Part shown: piece by piece, positions 36,701 through 46,631 of the stretch | How positions within the stretch are numbered: position 1 is the stretch's first letter | Layout of the letters: each line of letters opens with the position of its first letter | IMG/VR virus record: IMGVR_UViG_3300012036_000004 | Location: 37,736 to 101,735 of that record | Origin: a virus | Direction: 5' to 3' (one strand) | Length of the DNA stretch: 64,000 nucleotides | Made by a program: the position numbers and the translations under genes | The notes under the pieces: generated by a model | What the model was told of the DNA's origin: nothing | Database searches by the model: none | The model's input: the letters and a program-made list of their open reading frames with translations, nothing else

Positions 36701-37086
36701 CGGATGTCCTCTTCAATCTCGTCGAGCTCTTCCCAGCTGTCAGCGCCCTTCACCGCAGCTTCGAGCTCGCGTCGACTCTTCGATGACTTGACGAGTTTGG
36801 CGCTGAGTTTGTCCGCTTCCCGCGACGCAAGATGTGCTTCTCGCATGTACTTCTTCGCGAGCTCTCGGTCCTGCTCCGACTGCGCCAAAAGACGTGACTG
36901 GGAGGCGCGTGCTTCAGCGATCTCGAGGGCAGCCCGGTTGCGTGCTTCTTGTTTCTTTGCCAGAGACCACAGGGACAGCACAATAATACCGAGCCCGGCA
37001 GCCGCGACCCACCACACCCACTTGGTGTACCAGGATCGCTCCTCCGTCTTCTTCTTGAGCTTGGTGTAGGTCTTAGCGAGGCTCAT
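36697..37086 (-). CDS. Membrane-anchored coiled-coil protein (possible i-spanin-like)
   Basis: N-terminal TM followed by a coiled coil. Confidence 0.5.
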   Translation of the reverse strand: MSLAKTYTKLKKKTEERSWYTKWVWWVAAAGLGIIVLSLWSLAKKQEARNRAALEIAEARASQSRLLAQSEQDRELAKKYMREAHLASREADKLSAKLVKSSKSRRELEAAVKGADSWEELDEIEEDIR

Positions 37087-37448
37087 TCGTTCTCCTCGAT
37101 GGACTCGAGGTACGCGTCGTAGGCATTTTCTCTGTTGGTACCGTTTCGAAGCGACTCCTCGTCCCGGATACCGAGAATCATCAGCACATCTTTCTGTTGG
37201 TCCGCGTACAGCGCACTGAACTCAGATCCTGTGAGCGGAATATTCGTCAGAAGGTGCGGTTCCTCAGCGACGTCGACTCGAGTCAGCTTCGCCTTTTCCG
37301 CCTTGGCGTAGTTTCGAAGATGAAGCGGTTCGCGAAGCCCTCCGGCCAGCACAAGTGTGCCTCCCGGAGGTGTCGGTTCTCCTTCCATATCGAAGTAGAG
37401 CGGCTCATTGGATGTATTTTCAACGCGGTAAATCATGTCCTGCCTCAA
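37083..37448 (-). CDS. Hypothetical protein
   Basis: 121 aa, coupled on both sides. Confidence 0.65.
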   Translation of the reverse strand: MRQDMIYRVENTSNEPLYFDMEGEPTPPGGTLVLAGGLREPLHLRNYAKAEKAKLTRVDVAEEPHLLTNIPLTGSEFSALYADQQKDVLMILGIRDEESLRNGTNRENAYDAYLESIEENE

Positions 37449-40219
37449 GTATCTGGGTACGCCGAAACCGTTGTAAGCGGAGTGATCGCCTGCGGGATGT
37501 ATTCGCCAGTCGAGAATCCGCGGTTGTTGACAATCCAGTGACCCGATCCGCGTCCCATCTCGTACCGGTACAGCCGCTCATTGTCTCCGCCACCAATGTC
37601 GATTCGAACCAGGGTCAGGTACACGCCGTCGGTTTGCATCTCGTAGAAGAACTGCGAACCGGCGAGCCCCAGGTCGAACTCGAACGCACGCATAGGCTGC
37701 TTGACGGTGTCTGTCTCGAATATTGTCGTACCGTGCAGAGAGTAGCCGCGTACGAAAGCGACGGGTGCAGACTGGTCGGATAGCGACACAAAAAATTCGT
37801 TCTTCGTTCGCGCCAGGCATATCCGGTCTGGTGTGTCAATGCCGAGATCGTCGTCATACATCTCCTGATCTCGTTCGTCGTGGTACCGAAATGAAACCTT
37901 CGGGTCTGAAGACGAGTTGTCTGCGCCGGCGACCGCGACGCCTCGCGCGTTGACGGCAATGTCGTGTACGCTCGTCCAGCTGTCGTACTGCGCCATGTAG
38001 TTCGCGTCGATCGTACCTCCCTGGAGACGTCCAATTGCCAGGCTGTTGGATCCGCTATCCGTCCAGATAGCAATAAACTCTCCCCAGACGTCGATGTACA
38101 GTCCGTTGCCATTCAGGTTCCCGCTCTCCGTGGCGAGCGTAGAGACCGACGCCGTGTCGATAACCGCGAACGCGACGCCTGCTGGTACGCTACCTGCTCC
38201 GTCCGCCTCGTCGCCTACGTAATAGATCCAGCCATTCTGCATGACCATGTCACGGATCCGATCGCCCGGAGTCCCTGAGTGCGTGTAGACTCCCGACGTG
38301 CGCCAGGACGTGTCCAGGACCGGCGGGTCTTGTTCGATGTCCCAGAGCTCAATCTCGGAGTCGTATGCCACCGCCAACGAATACCCGTCACTCGCAAGCG
38401 ACGTGATGCCTGTCCACGCCGGCGACGAGCTGAGCGTGATCGTGGCGTGAAGAGATAGATCGCGCTGGTTGTAGAGTGACACCTTGTCGGTAAAACCTCC
38501 TGAAGTCGCTCCGGGTTCACCCGGAATGATCACGTAGCGGCCATCAGTCGAAAGCGCCGACCAGCCTTCGGTATTTGCGACATCACCAGACCAGTCTCCA
38601 GTGTCGAAAACGACGCCCGCGGGAAATCCGGCACCCTCCGTGTCCTTTGCCAGAAAAAGAGGAAATCGAGCGTCAGGGTCGTTGACCGCGCCATCTCGAG
38701 ACATCGCGGACTTTTCAAAGATGTCCTGGAGCGATGTGTAGCTTCTGAGCCGGTCGTAAATCGCGTCGATACGGTCTTCAACCGTGTTACCGTAGTTACC
38801 GTCCGTGACAGTGGCGAGTTGCGTGTAGTCGTCGGCGATATTCGCGATTCGACCCGCGCCGCTGCCGCCCACATAGGGTGTCCCGAGACCTTGCTGGAGA
38901 AGTGCGAATTCGCCGTCCAAGTCCTCCAGCGCCCCTTGCGCACTGTCGGTGGCAGCGTCGATTACCTGGAACGCGCCCGGGTTGTCGATGCCGATGTGTT
39001 CCGAGCCCTGAGCTGCGACGTCCCCTGGAGACGGAGGTGCGGTGATACCTCGATTCAAATCGAGACGAAGCAGCCCCAGATGCGCGTCCAACTGCGCAAT
39101 CTCGGCGTCGACACTATCGAACACATCCTGCGCCGCACTTCCGGTAATGAGAAGATACCCGGTCGTGTCGATGGGCATCACCGACGCATCGCCAGCCCCC
39201 AGGATAAGCGTGGAGCTCAGGTCACCCACCGTGACGTTGGGCTGCATCACGTACCCGCTGCTCAGCACGAATCGGTCATCGATGACGCGACCCAGCACGA
39301 GAGAGTTTGGTGCCTTGTCGGGCTCTCGAGTCAGGTTCACCAGCGACGCAGATGGAATGAGGTGGTTATTCGCGTTCTCCTCGACGCTCTCGCGACGCAG
39401 TTGCTGGGTGTCGTACCAGATCGCCAGGACGTCCCCTTCTCTCAAAAGGTTGTCCGCGCTGGCGGCGAAAAAGGCCGACAACTCAGCTGGGCTAATCAGG
39501 TGACGAACAGTGTCGAGACCGCCCTCCAGCGATTGGGCCGTGTCGAATGCAAACTCACCCGGTGCAGGCGCGTAGATAACCTCGACCAGCGCATTTGCTA
39601 CAGCGTCAGCAACGATGGCGTCATCGATCTGTCCCCAGGTGTGCGGAACCGTCGAGTCGTACTCGACGACGATCTGAGTTCGACCTGGCTGAAGCGCCGG
39701 GTTTGCGACAGTCGCTTCCCCGTTCACTTCGACGTTGATGGTCCCTGATCCGGGGACGTCTACCGTCTCGAAGGTGATTGTGTTCCCGCCCTCGAAGTCC
39801 AGCTTCTTTGAAATCAGAACGAAGTCCGTTCCGTTGCCATCGTCGAACCGATCCGATGCGTACAGGCTGGGGAAAGACCCGGCGCCTTCAAAATCTCGCC
39901 CTCGCCCAACGCCTGCGCCGTACAGTGGCCAGAGCCCCCAGACAGCGCCGCCCGTCGTGGTGAGCGTGCCGGTGCCGACCCCGTTCCAGGTAAGCGTACC
40001 GCTCAAGACCACATGGGCCATCGTGCCCCGGTCGATGTCTCTCGCCCATCGGTTCTCGTTGATCTCGGCCCGTGCAACTTCGGTGCGGTTGCGCAAATTC
40101 TGTTCTGCGCGCGCCAGCGTCACCTGGTCGAGGTCTTCACCATTCTGGATGGGTTGAATGGACTCCGGACCCGCTTCGCCCGTATCAGTACCCGACTCAT
40201 AGTTGATGGTCTTACTCAT
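37445..40219 (-). CDS. Putative tail fibre/receptor-binding protein
   Basis: 924 aa downstream of baseplate genes; beta-propeller-like C-terminus. Confidence 0.55.
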   Translation of the reverse strand: MSKTINYESGTDTGEAGPESIQPIQNGEDLDQVTLARAEQNLRNRTEVARAEINENRWARDIDRGTMAHVVLSGTLTWNGVGTGTLTTTGGAVWGLWPLYGAGVGRGRDFEGAGSFPSLYASDRFDDGNGTDFVLISKKLDFEGGNTITFETVDVPGSGTINVEVNGEATVANPALQPGRTQIVVEYDSTVPHTWGQIDDAIVADAVANALVEVIYAPAPGEFAFDTAQSLEGGLDTVRHLISPAELSAFFAASADNLLREGDVLAIWYDTQQLRRESVEENANNHLIPSASLVNLTREPDKAPNSLVLGRVIDDRFVLSSGYVMQPNVTVGDLSSTLILGAGDASVMPIDTTGYLLITGSAAQDVFDSVDAEIAQLDAHLGLLRLDLNRGITAPPSPGDVAAQGSEHIGIDNPGAFQVIDAATDSAQGALEDLDGEFALLQQGLGTPYVGGSGAGRIANIADDYTQLATVTDGNYGNTVEDRIDAIYDRLRSYTSLQDIFEKSAMSRDGAVNDPDARFPLFLAKDTEGAGFPAGVVFDTGDWSGDVANTEGWSALSTDGRYVIIPGEPGATSGGFTDKVSLYNQRDLSLHATITLSSSPAWTGITSLASDGYSLAVAYDSEIELWDIEQDPPVLDTSWRTSGVYTHSGTPGDRIRDMVMQNGWIYYVGDEADGAGSVPAGVAFAVIDTASVSTLATESGNLNGNGLYIDVWGEFIAIWTDSGSNSLAIGRLQGGTIDANYMAQYDSWTSVHDIAVNARGVAVAGADNSSSDPKVSFRYHDERDQEMYDDDLGIDTPDRICLARTKNEFFVSLSDQSAPVAFVRGYSLHGTTIFETDTVKQPMRAFEFDLGLAGSQFFYEMQTDGVYLTLVRIDIGGGDNERLYRYEMGRGSGHWIVNNRGFSTGEYIPQAITPLTTVSAYPDT

Positions 40220-40234
40220 TCTTCACTCGCTCAC

Positions 40235-40747
40235 TCAAAGTACGATGGTGTACTGGATGTCCCACTCAAACCGGATGCCGATGTCGGCGGTCTTCACGAT
40301 CGGTGTTGTCAGTTGTCTTGCGGCGAGAACAGGTTGTCCGCCGCTGTTTCCGTCGTCCAGTGTGAACAACGCTACCGCTGAAATCGTCTGACCAACCGCG
40401 TCCAGTTTGCCCATTTCTGCTCGAAACTGCACGAGCCCTTCTACGCCTCCCACATCGATCGACACATCTGCGTCTCGGTCGAACACCTGCGTGAACACAA
40501 CCGTGCCGACCGTGCCTGTGTCTGTTGGAGCGGGCGCCGCCAACGGAGTCAGGCTCGACTCGACTCGAAGCTCATTAATCGCGAGCTCTTCGACCTGGAG
40601 CGTTGAACGCTGCGTAATCAGTTTCGCCAACTGCGTCAGATGCAGATACGTAATCTGATTCGACCGGTCAACGAGTAAATCCTCGCTTCCATCCGAGTTT
40701 ACGCGGTAAACGCGTATATGTCCTCTCGCGCGTGCGGGGTCTTTCAT
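40235..40747 (-). CDS. Baseplate/tail-collar-like structural protein
   Basis: N..T...ALFT...AAR...IVKT..I.I.F.W.I pattern; position between baseplate and fibre genes. Confidence 0.55.
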   Translation of the reverse strand: MKDPARARGHIRVYRVNSDGSEDLLVDRSNQITYLHLTQLAKLITQRSTLQVEELAINELRVESSLTPLAAPAPTDTGTVGTVVFTQVFDRDADVSIDVGGVEGLVQFRAEMGKLDAVGQTISAVALFTLDDGNSGGQPVLAARQLTTPIVKTADIGIRFEWDIQYTIVL

Positions 40748-40750
40748 CCG

Positions 40751-43700
40751 CTAATCCTTGAGCATCATGTGAACAGGCCACGGGACAATGTAGTTGTCTG
40801 GCGTCGTTTTTACCACGTCCGACGGTACCCCACCACAAACAGTGGGTGTTGTTGTTCTCGTCGGGCGACCAATGTACCACTCGAGATCTGTCGTCCCGAC
40901 AAACGACGGCGTCGTTCCTGGGTACGCCTCAACAACCTCGACAGTGTGCTCGTCCACCAGGGCCGTGATTCGATAACGATACTCGGTGAACCCAACTTTG
41001 ACGATCAGTTCTCGAAGCACGTCGGCGACATTGAAGAAGAAATTCGTGTCTTGGAACTGGTTCGTTGAATCGATGTAGGCGCCTGTCGAGCTCGAGAGCG
41101 TCGGGGACACGAAGACGACCGTTCTCGGTACATCTGCGATGAGTCCAAACGACACGCCCGCGCTGTCCGCGTCTGCGGTGCCTGTTTCTGATACCGAGAT
41201 CGCGATACGGTTCCCGACGGTGTCGAGAATGAAGAGGTCGGAGCCTGCCGGGTCTAAGACCTCCACGTCTCCCGTGGGTACCCACATCATTCCCGTCCAC
41301 GCCCAGAACGTGACGGTGAGTGTCGGGGAGGTGCCTCCTTCCAGTGCACTTGAGACGACGACCTTATCCACCTCAGAGGCTTGAGGGATCTCTGTGATAG
41401 ACGAGAACTCGGCACGTCGGACCGAGTCCATCCACGCCACGGCAGGCTGCGAGTAGGCGTAGTGCTCGCCCGCAATCGATCCGCCTCCTGCCGAAACCCG
41501 CCAGTCAACTTCCTGCATCGAATCTGTGTAGTTCAGGACACCGAAGAACTCGACTGAGTCGACGACTTGTACACGGTCTCGAAACTGCGACCGCGGCACA
41601 ACCAGCATGAACGTGTAGGACGGCTTCCCTGCGTCGAGTACGTCGCGAATGTCTTCCTCAGGCCGCGGGTACGCCAGGTCGGGGTAACTTCCGTAGTCGT
41701 AAGACACCTGGAAGATGTGTGCGCGAAGATAGTTGCGCATCATCACGTAACCCGTTGAGTGCCGAAGCGGGGAACGCACTTCCACTTCCCACCGAAGCCC
41801 CAGGCGCGCAGTAAACCCGGGGTCTGCGGGAAACGCTACGGCAGCCCCGGTGTCGTACTCGACAACCTTGACCTGTGTCGGGCTGAGCACTTCCTCAATA
41901 CGGTAAAGGCCCAGCGTAATTGTGACGGCGGCTGTCACTTCAATAAGCCGTCCCACATCCGCTGGTACAAACGTGGCAGCCGCAAACTCCCATTCGTCGC
42001 CGGTCGCGGGGTTCACGCCGCTGTACGTGGCTGCGGCGTACACAGGCGTTAAGTCGAATGGATCGGTCGAACCGTCGGTGACCGTGGCGTACGGGTCTGG
42101 GTCTGTGCCGACGTTTGTAATCTCGTACTCGACGTCTTCGATAGTCAGGATCTTGCCGACGTCCTCGGGCAGGAAAACGGTGTCTCGAAACCGGAGAAAC
42201 GATTCGTCGCCTGTGTGATAAACATCACTCCCCTCTCGTCGTGGCTCTACGAAGCGTGTTTCATCTGCCCCGCAATAGAGTTGCGGATCTCCGCACACCC
42301 ATTTGTCTGAGCCGCACACCAGTGGGTAGAGACGAGGGTCTACGTTGCGACGAAGAACGCTGGGTCCAGATAGGAGCTCCTCAGGTATGACCGCTCCGTA
42401 GTACCACGTTGGTCGGTCCACGTAGTCGGTTGCCTCAAAGATGTCTGTCAGTGCCTGAAACGCGTCGAGCTCGTCACCGATTTCAATCTCAGAGCGCAGA
42501 GACCCTACAGGTATTTCATACGAGTTCCGGTTCGTGTTGACCCGGTCCAGTCCCGAGGGTGCGGTGTCGAGGCTCTGAAATATCTCGCCGTCTTCACGTA
42601 CGACCGGCACACCGACCGCGACGTTCAAAGCGCTCTCAATACGCGCCAGAGACGGTCCCAGCATGAAGTAGCGGAAGATGCCGTCGATCAGCGCCCGATA
42701 CGACTCCGTGCTCGGCTCGAACCGGTTGATGAGGTAGCCGAAGGACAGATACAGGTTCTCCCGGTCAAAGAACGCATCGGGAATCCAGTACGCCAACTGC
42801 CGGACTCTCGACGTCGACTGATGACTCCACTGAATGCGCGCGGTGTCTTCAAACACCGTGTCGATCTGTTCGGTGAAGGTGACGACAAGACTCGTATCCG
42901 TTGGCACTCCGTCATCGACGACGGTGTCGATTGTGTAGAGGTGCGTGTCCCTCGCATCAGACGGGTTCGTGAGCTCAATCTGGCGACCTACATCGAACTC
43001 GTTGAAGTAGCCCTCGTCGCGGAGCGCCCACTGAAGTGCGGCAGGACCCGAGGTCGTGTCTGCGTCGGGTGTGCAGAACACCGTCGTCGAGTTCAGGACA
43101 CCTGTGACCGTTCGCGTCTCCTGAGGTCCGGTTCCCAGCGTGTTGGAGTGTACGATCTGCCGACCAATGTCTTGCGCCGTGAAGTCCGCTGATGGTGATT
43201 CAAACCGGTCAACATTGGTGACTTGTCCGTCCGCCCCCTCCTGCAGGTTCCCAAGAATTGAGAACGTGCTGGTAGGTCCGACTCCTACGACGCCGTCTGT
43301 CCCTTGTCGGTAGATCGTGGGGACGATGTCCAGTTGACGAAGCGGCACCCCATCGGATTGTTCGAATGGGTCGTCTTTCCAGTGCATCTCGTCGTCAACG
43401 AGGACGAAGTCAATATCCTTCTCGAACGACGCTGTCGGGTTGTAGATGCGGTTGAGCAGAAAGACGAATTCACGCAGACCGTCCTGCATGGTCAGGCGGT
43501 ACGGCCAATCTTCACCAGGTTCAAAGAGGAGTTCGTCTTCTCGGATCGTGAACAGGTGCCAGAACTCACGGTTGAACAACGGTACGTTCTGTAAATTCTG
43601 ATTCAGAACCTGCGTAACGATGTCCAGGTAAGCCTGCCCCAGCAGCTCTTCCGTCGCTGAGTACAGTACGTTGAGTTGGTCTTTGTCAGCAAAAAAACGG

Positions 43701-43759
43701 TGCCAGAAATCCGATAGCCCGGTCAGCAACGTCTCGCCAGTTGTAGGCAGCTGAGGCAT
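40751..43759 (-). CDS. Baseplate wedge protein
   Basis: 1002 aa following baseplate J; FG.L...YRALI...GPS...IESALN and KPSYT segments. Confidence 0.6.
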   Translation of the reverse strand: MPQLPTTGETLLTGLSDFWHRFFADKDQLNVLYSATEELLGQAYLDIVTQVLNQNLQNVPLFNREFWHLFTIREDELLFEPGEDWPYRLTMQDGLREFVFLLNRIYNPTASFEKDIDFVLVDDEMHWKDDPFEQSDGVPLRQLDIVPTIYRQGTDGVVGVGPTSTFSILGNLQEGADGQVTNVDRFESPSADFTAQDIGRQIVHSNTLGTGPQETRTVTGVLNSTTVFCTPDADTTSGPAALQWALRDEGYFNEFDVGRQIELTNPSDARDTHLYTIDTVVDDGVPTDTSLVVTFTEQIDTVFEDTARIQWSHQSTSRVRQLAYWIPDAFFDRENLYLSFGYLINRFEPSTESYRALIDGIFRYFMLGPSLARIESALNVAVGVPVVREDGEIFQSLDTAPSGLDRVNTNRNSYEIPVGSLRSEIEIGDELDAFQALTDIFEATDYVDRPTWYYGAVIPEELLSGPSVLRRNVDPRLYPLVCGSDKWVCGDPQLYCGADETRFVEPRREGSDVYHTGDESFLRFRDTVFLPEDVGKILTIEDVEYEITNVGTDPDPYATVTDGSTDPFDLTPVYAAATYSGVNPATGDEWEFAAATFVPADVGRLIEVTAAVTITLGLYRIEEVLSPTQVKVVEYDTGAAVAFPADPGFTARLGLRWEVEVRSPLRHSTGYVMMRNYLRAHIFQVSYDYGSYPDLAYPRPEEDIRDVLDAGKPSYTFMLVVPRSQFRDRVQVVDSVEFFGVLNYTDSMQEVDWRVSAGGGSIAGEHYAYSQPAVAWMDSVRRAEFSSITEIPQASEVDKVVVSSALEGGTSPTLTVTFWAWTGMMWVPTGDVEVLDPAGSDLFILDTVGNRIAISVSETGTADADSAGVSFGLIADVPRTVVFVSPTLSSSTGAYIDSTNQFQDTNFFFNVADVLRELIVKVGFTEYRYRITALVDEHTVEVVEAYPGTTPSFVGTTDLEWYIGRPTRTTTPTVCGGVPSDVVKTTPDNYIVPWPVHMMLKD

Positions 43760-46179
43760 CAGATGATCTCGGTAAGAGTAATCAAATCAGGCGACGTCAG
43801 ATAACGCACATTCCGGTTCACGACACCCTGATTCACGGGCGCCTCCAGGCGGTCCTGGGCCAGGGGTGACGACAGAAGCGCCGCGTCGACGCGTACGACA
43901 TCGTCCGTGCTGTACGGAATCGCGCGGCCGTCCGGTGCGTACAACGTGTAGTTAATCTGAACCGGCAGCCGAACTTTCCCGACTTCCGTAGCGTGCTGAT
44001 TACGAAACTCCGTCACGATGTCGCTCGCATCGAGCACCTGGTCTGTCGGGAAGGTGTTGATGAACGTCACCAGCTCGTCTTTCGCACCTGCGATGTCGAA
44101 GAACGCGTCGAAGGTGTCCAGTAACTCAAACCGCAGCTCGAAGCTCAGGTAGACCGGGTGGTCACCTCGGACAAGAGTGTTCGCGCACGCTACTCGGTTT
44201 TGGCGGTCGGCGACAAAATCGTGAATCCCAGCAAACCCTGAGATCGTGTCGTACGTGACGCGGCACGGTTTGCCGTTGTACTTCGCCTTATTGGTCAGTA
44301 CCCAGGAAAGCTGCGTCTCAGCGACTGCTGTAAACGAGCCTCCCTCGGGGTCTGCCAGCGTCAGGATGTTGGGCGGCGTCACGTTCGTGATGAGGTGCTC
44401 CCCTCGATTCACAGCGTTGACTGCCTGCGGAATGAAGATCCGCTTGCCAACGTCGTTAGCGGTGAATGTCGCGCCCGGCACCGTCAGGATGTTGCCTGCC
44501 GAAAAGATTGCGCCAGAGCCTTCTTGTTCCGCGGCGTACCCGACGTCCACTGCAAACATCTGGTAGGCCGACTGCGCCTCTTGAACCGCTGTGTTCGTCA
44601 GCGTGTACTCCAGGTTCGACCCAGACGCAGATTCGGGTTCTCGGTTGACTCGATTGGGGAACTGAACCCGCTGTGTGACCGGGTCGGTGTCCGGGTCTGC
44701 CGGGTCCAGTACCGAAACATCGTGGATACGGTACACCGGCTCCGATGGGAGCAAGACCTGTCCGTCTCTTCGAAAGACTCGAGTAAACTCGCCCGTTGTT
44801 GCCGGGGGTTTCTTATTGACGTACTCCGGCGCGAAGTCCCCGACAGAGTACTCCACGATGCCTTCGTAGATCTCGAACTCAACAGGCGTCTCGACCGTCA
44901 GAGACGACGTGTTCAGCGTCACTGTGTTGGTAGGAGCATTGACGCTGATGATTTGGTAGTCGCCTTCGTTGGCCGGCGTAGGTGCCGACGTGATTCGTAT
45001 GTAGCGCCCCAGGTCATTACTCGAGAACTGCGCACTCACCGAAGTGAACTCATCTGTATCTGTCACACTCCCGTCAGTCAGCGTCGCCCCGTCACGCTCT
45101 TGAATCGGGCGCAAGCCGGGAAACGCCTGTTGGCGCGCCACACGGAGGTGGTACTTCGTGACTTCCTCAATGATGTAGAGCGAGTTCTCCGACGACTCGG
45201 CGTTGCGAATGCGCAGAATGTCGCCCGGCTCAATCGGAAGTGCGCGCCAGTCCAGTACGTTCGGGTCTCGGAACAATGTCAGCGCGCGACCTGCGTCGAC
45301 AAACGAGCCTCCAACAATGCCTTCGAAGGTGCGGCGCTCGAGCAGAGGCGTCGAGATGTAGGCGTCAATGTAGCCGCCAAGATGAAGTTCGATGGCGCTC
45401 GAGAATAGTGCGAGGTCGCGCCGCATTCCATCATCGCCGAATCCCACGACGACGACTGAGTCGATGACAGCGAATTCCTCCTGGAGCACGGTGACAATGG
45501 ATCGGTCCGAGTTCAGGTCGCGCACCGTAATGGCTTCCGGGACGCGCTGGAGAAGCTCTTCGGGTGTCTCCGTGTCGGTCGCCCCGGAGAACCGGAAATC
45601 GTTTTCGACGAAGGTGGCGAATCGGTTGAACTTGTCGAAGAAGGCGAAGGTACCCGGCTCGATCTCGTAGTCACGGCCGGGGAGCTCAGCAATCACGGGC
45701 ACGCGCAGCGTGTAGTCGACGATCTGTCCGTCTGTGTCGACGGTAGGAATGAGCTCATCTGCGGAGTAGACCAGGTTGAGCGTCGTATCGAGTGTGAAGC
45801 GAAGCCCCGCCTCGCGAGTGAAGGTCGTGCTAAACGGGATCGTGCCTGAGTGGCGCTCAGAGAAGTGAATCACCACCGAGCCGCGGGCCGGGCGTCCATC
45901 TCGCTTGGTGACGTACCAGTTTGCGACGATGTTCTCGACGGCCTCTGCGAAATCGGTCGGGTTCTCGAGTCCATTGACCAGGTTGAGGCTTGTACCTCGT
46001 CTAATGTCGTCTGCTTCGCCGCGGAGCACCGAGAAAAGAGCGCTGAGCGCACCGATCGTGTGGTCTCGGGTCACCGAGCCTGGTGTGAAATCCGCGTCGG
46101 GGTAAAGCTCTGTGAGAACCGCCGTCATGAACGCCTCGGCGTTCGCGCGGTCCTGGTCGTCAATCGTGATGTCTGCCAT
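43759..46179 (-). CDS. Baseplate J-like protein
   Basis: DFTPGSVTRD, R..G..ARGSV, VIAE.PG.DY.I, F.GATDTET.EEL..R. Confidence 0.8.
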   Translation of the reverse strand: MADITIDDQDRANAEAFMTAVLTELYPDADFTPGSVTRDHTIGALSALFSVLRGEADDIRRGTSLNLVNGLENPTDFAEAVENIVANWYVTKRDGRPARGSVVIHFSERHSGTIPFSTTFTREAGLRFTLDTTLNLVYSADELIPTVDTDGQIVDYTLRVPVIAELPGRDYEIEPGTFAFFDKFNRFATFVENDFRFSGATDTETPEELLQRVPEAITVRDLNSDRSIVTVLQEEFAVIDSVVVVGFGDDGMRRDLALFSSAIELHLGGYIDAYISTPLLERRTFEGIVGGSFVDAGRALTLFRDPNVLDWRALPIEPGDILRIRNAESSENSLYIIEEVTKYHLRVARQQAFPGLRPIQERDGATLTDGSVTDTDEFTSVSAQFSSNDLGRYIRITSAPTPANEGDYQIISVNAPTNTVTLNTSSLTVETPVEFEIYEGIVEYSVGDFAPEYVNKKPPATTGEFTRVFRRDGQVLLPSEPVYRIHDVSVLDPADPDTDPVTQRVQFPNRVNREPESASGSNLEYTLTNTAVQEAQSAYQMFAVDVGYAAEQEGSGAIFSAGNILTVPGATFTANDVGKRIFIPQAVNAVNRGEHLITNVTPPNILTLADPEGGSFTAVAETQLSWVLTNKAKYNGKPCRVTYDTISGFAGIHDFVADRQNRVACANTLVRGDHPVYLSFELRFELLDTFDAFFDIAGAKDELVTFINTFPTDQVLDASDIVTEFRNQHATEVGKVRLPVQINYTLYAPDGRAIPYSTDDVVRVDAALLSSPLAQDRLEAPVNQGVVNRNVRYLTSPDLITLTEII

Positions 46180-46631
46180 TACGTACTCACCTTCCCTGCA
46201 AGGATGACCTGCAGGCGCTGGCCCGCTTGATTCTGTATCAGAACATACACAGATACCGAGCTGTTGTCCTCGAAGATGATGGACGTCAACTCTGCCGACT
46301 GTAGGATCTCCGTAGGGTCCTCAGGCGGAAAGCGAGACTGAATCGAATTGATGTCGGCCGTCGCCTTGGCCACCGAGCTGTATACGATCTGCTGGATGTC
46401 TGCCCGGTCCGTCACGTTCGAGCCGATGAGCCCTGCGAACGACGTTCCGTACTGGCGGCTGCTCAGGTCCGTTCCCTCTTCAGTGAGAAACGCCTTTATC
46501 CACTTGTTGATGAGCTTCTGAAGCCCGGCGATGCCGATGTGTTTCTGATAGCCATACGTGAACGTGCCTCGTTGTACGCCTTGCTCCACTTCCGGAAGGA
46601 GCTCAAAGTATGTGTCGTAGGTCGTAGGCAT
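46179..46631 (-). CDS. Baseplate wedge GPW/gp25-like protein
   Basis: G.QKL...IKAFLT..GTD....YGT.F..LIGS motif; directly upstream of baseplate J. Confidence 0.7.
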   Translation of the reverse strand: MPTTYDTYFELLPEVEQGVQRGTFTYGYQKHIGIAGLQKLINKWIKAFLTEEGTDLSSRQYGTSFAGLIGSNVTDRADIQQIVYSSVAKATADINSIQSRFPPEDPTEILQSAELTSIIFEDNSSVSVYVLIQNQAGQRLQVILAGKVST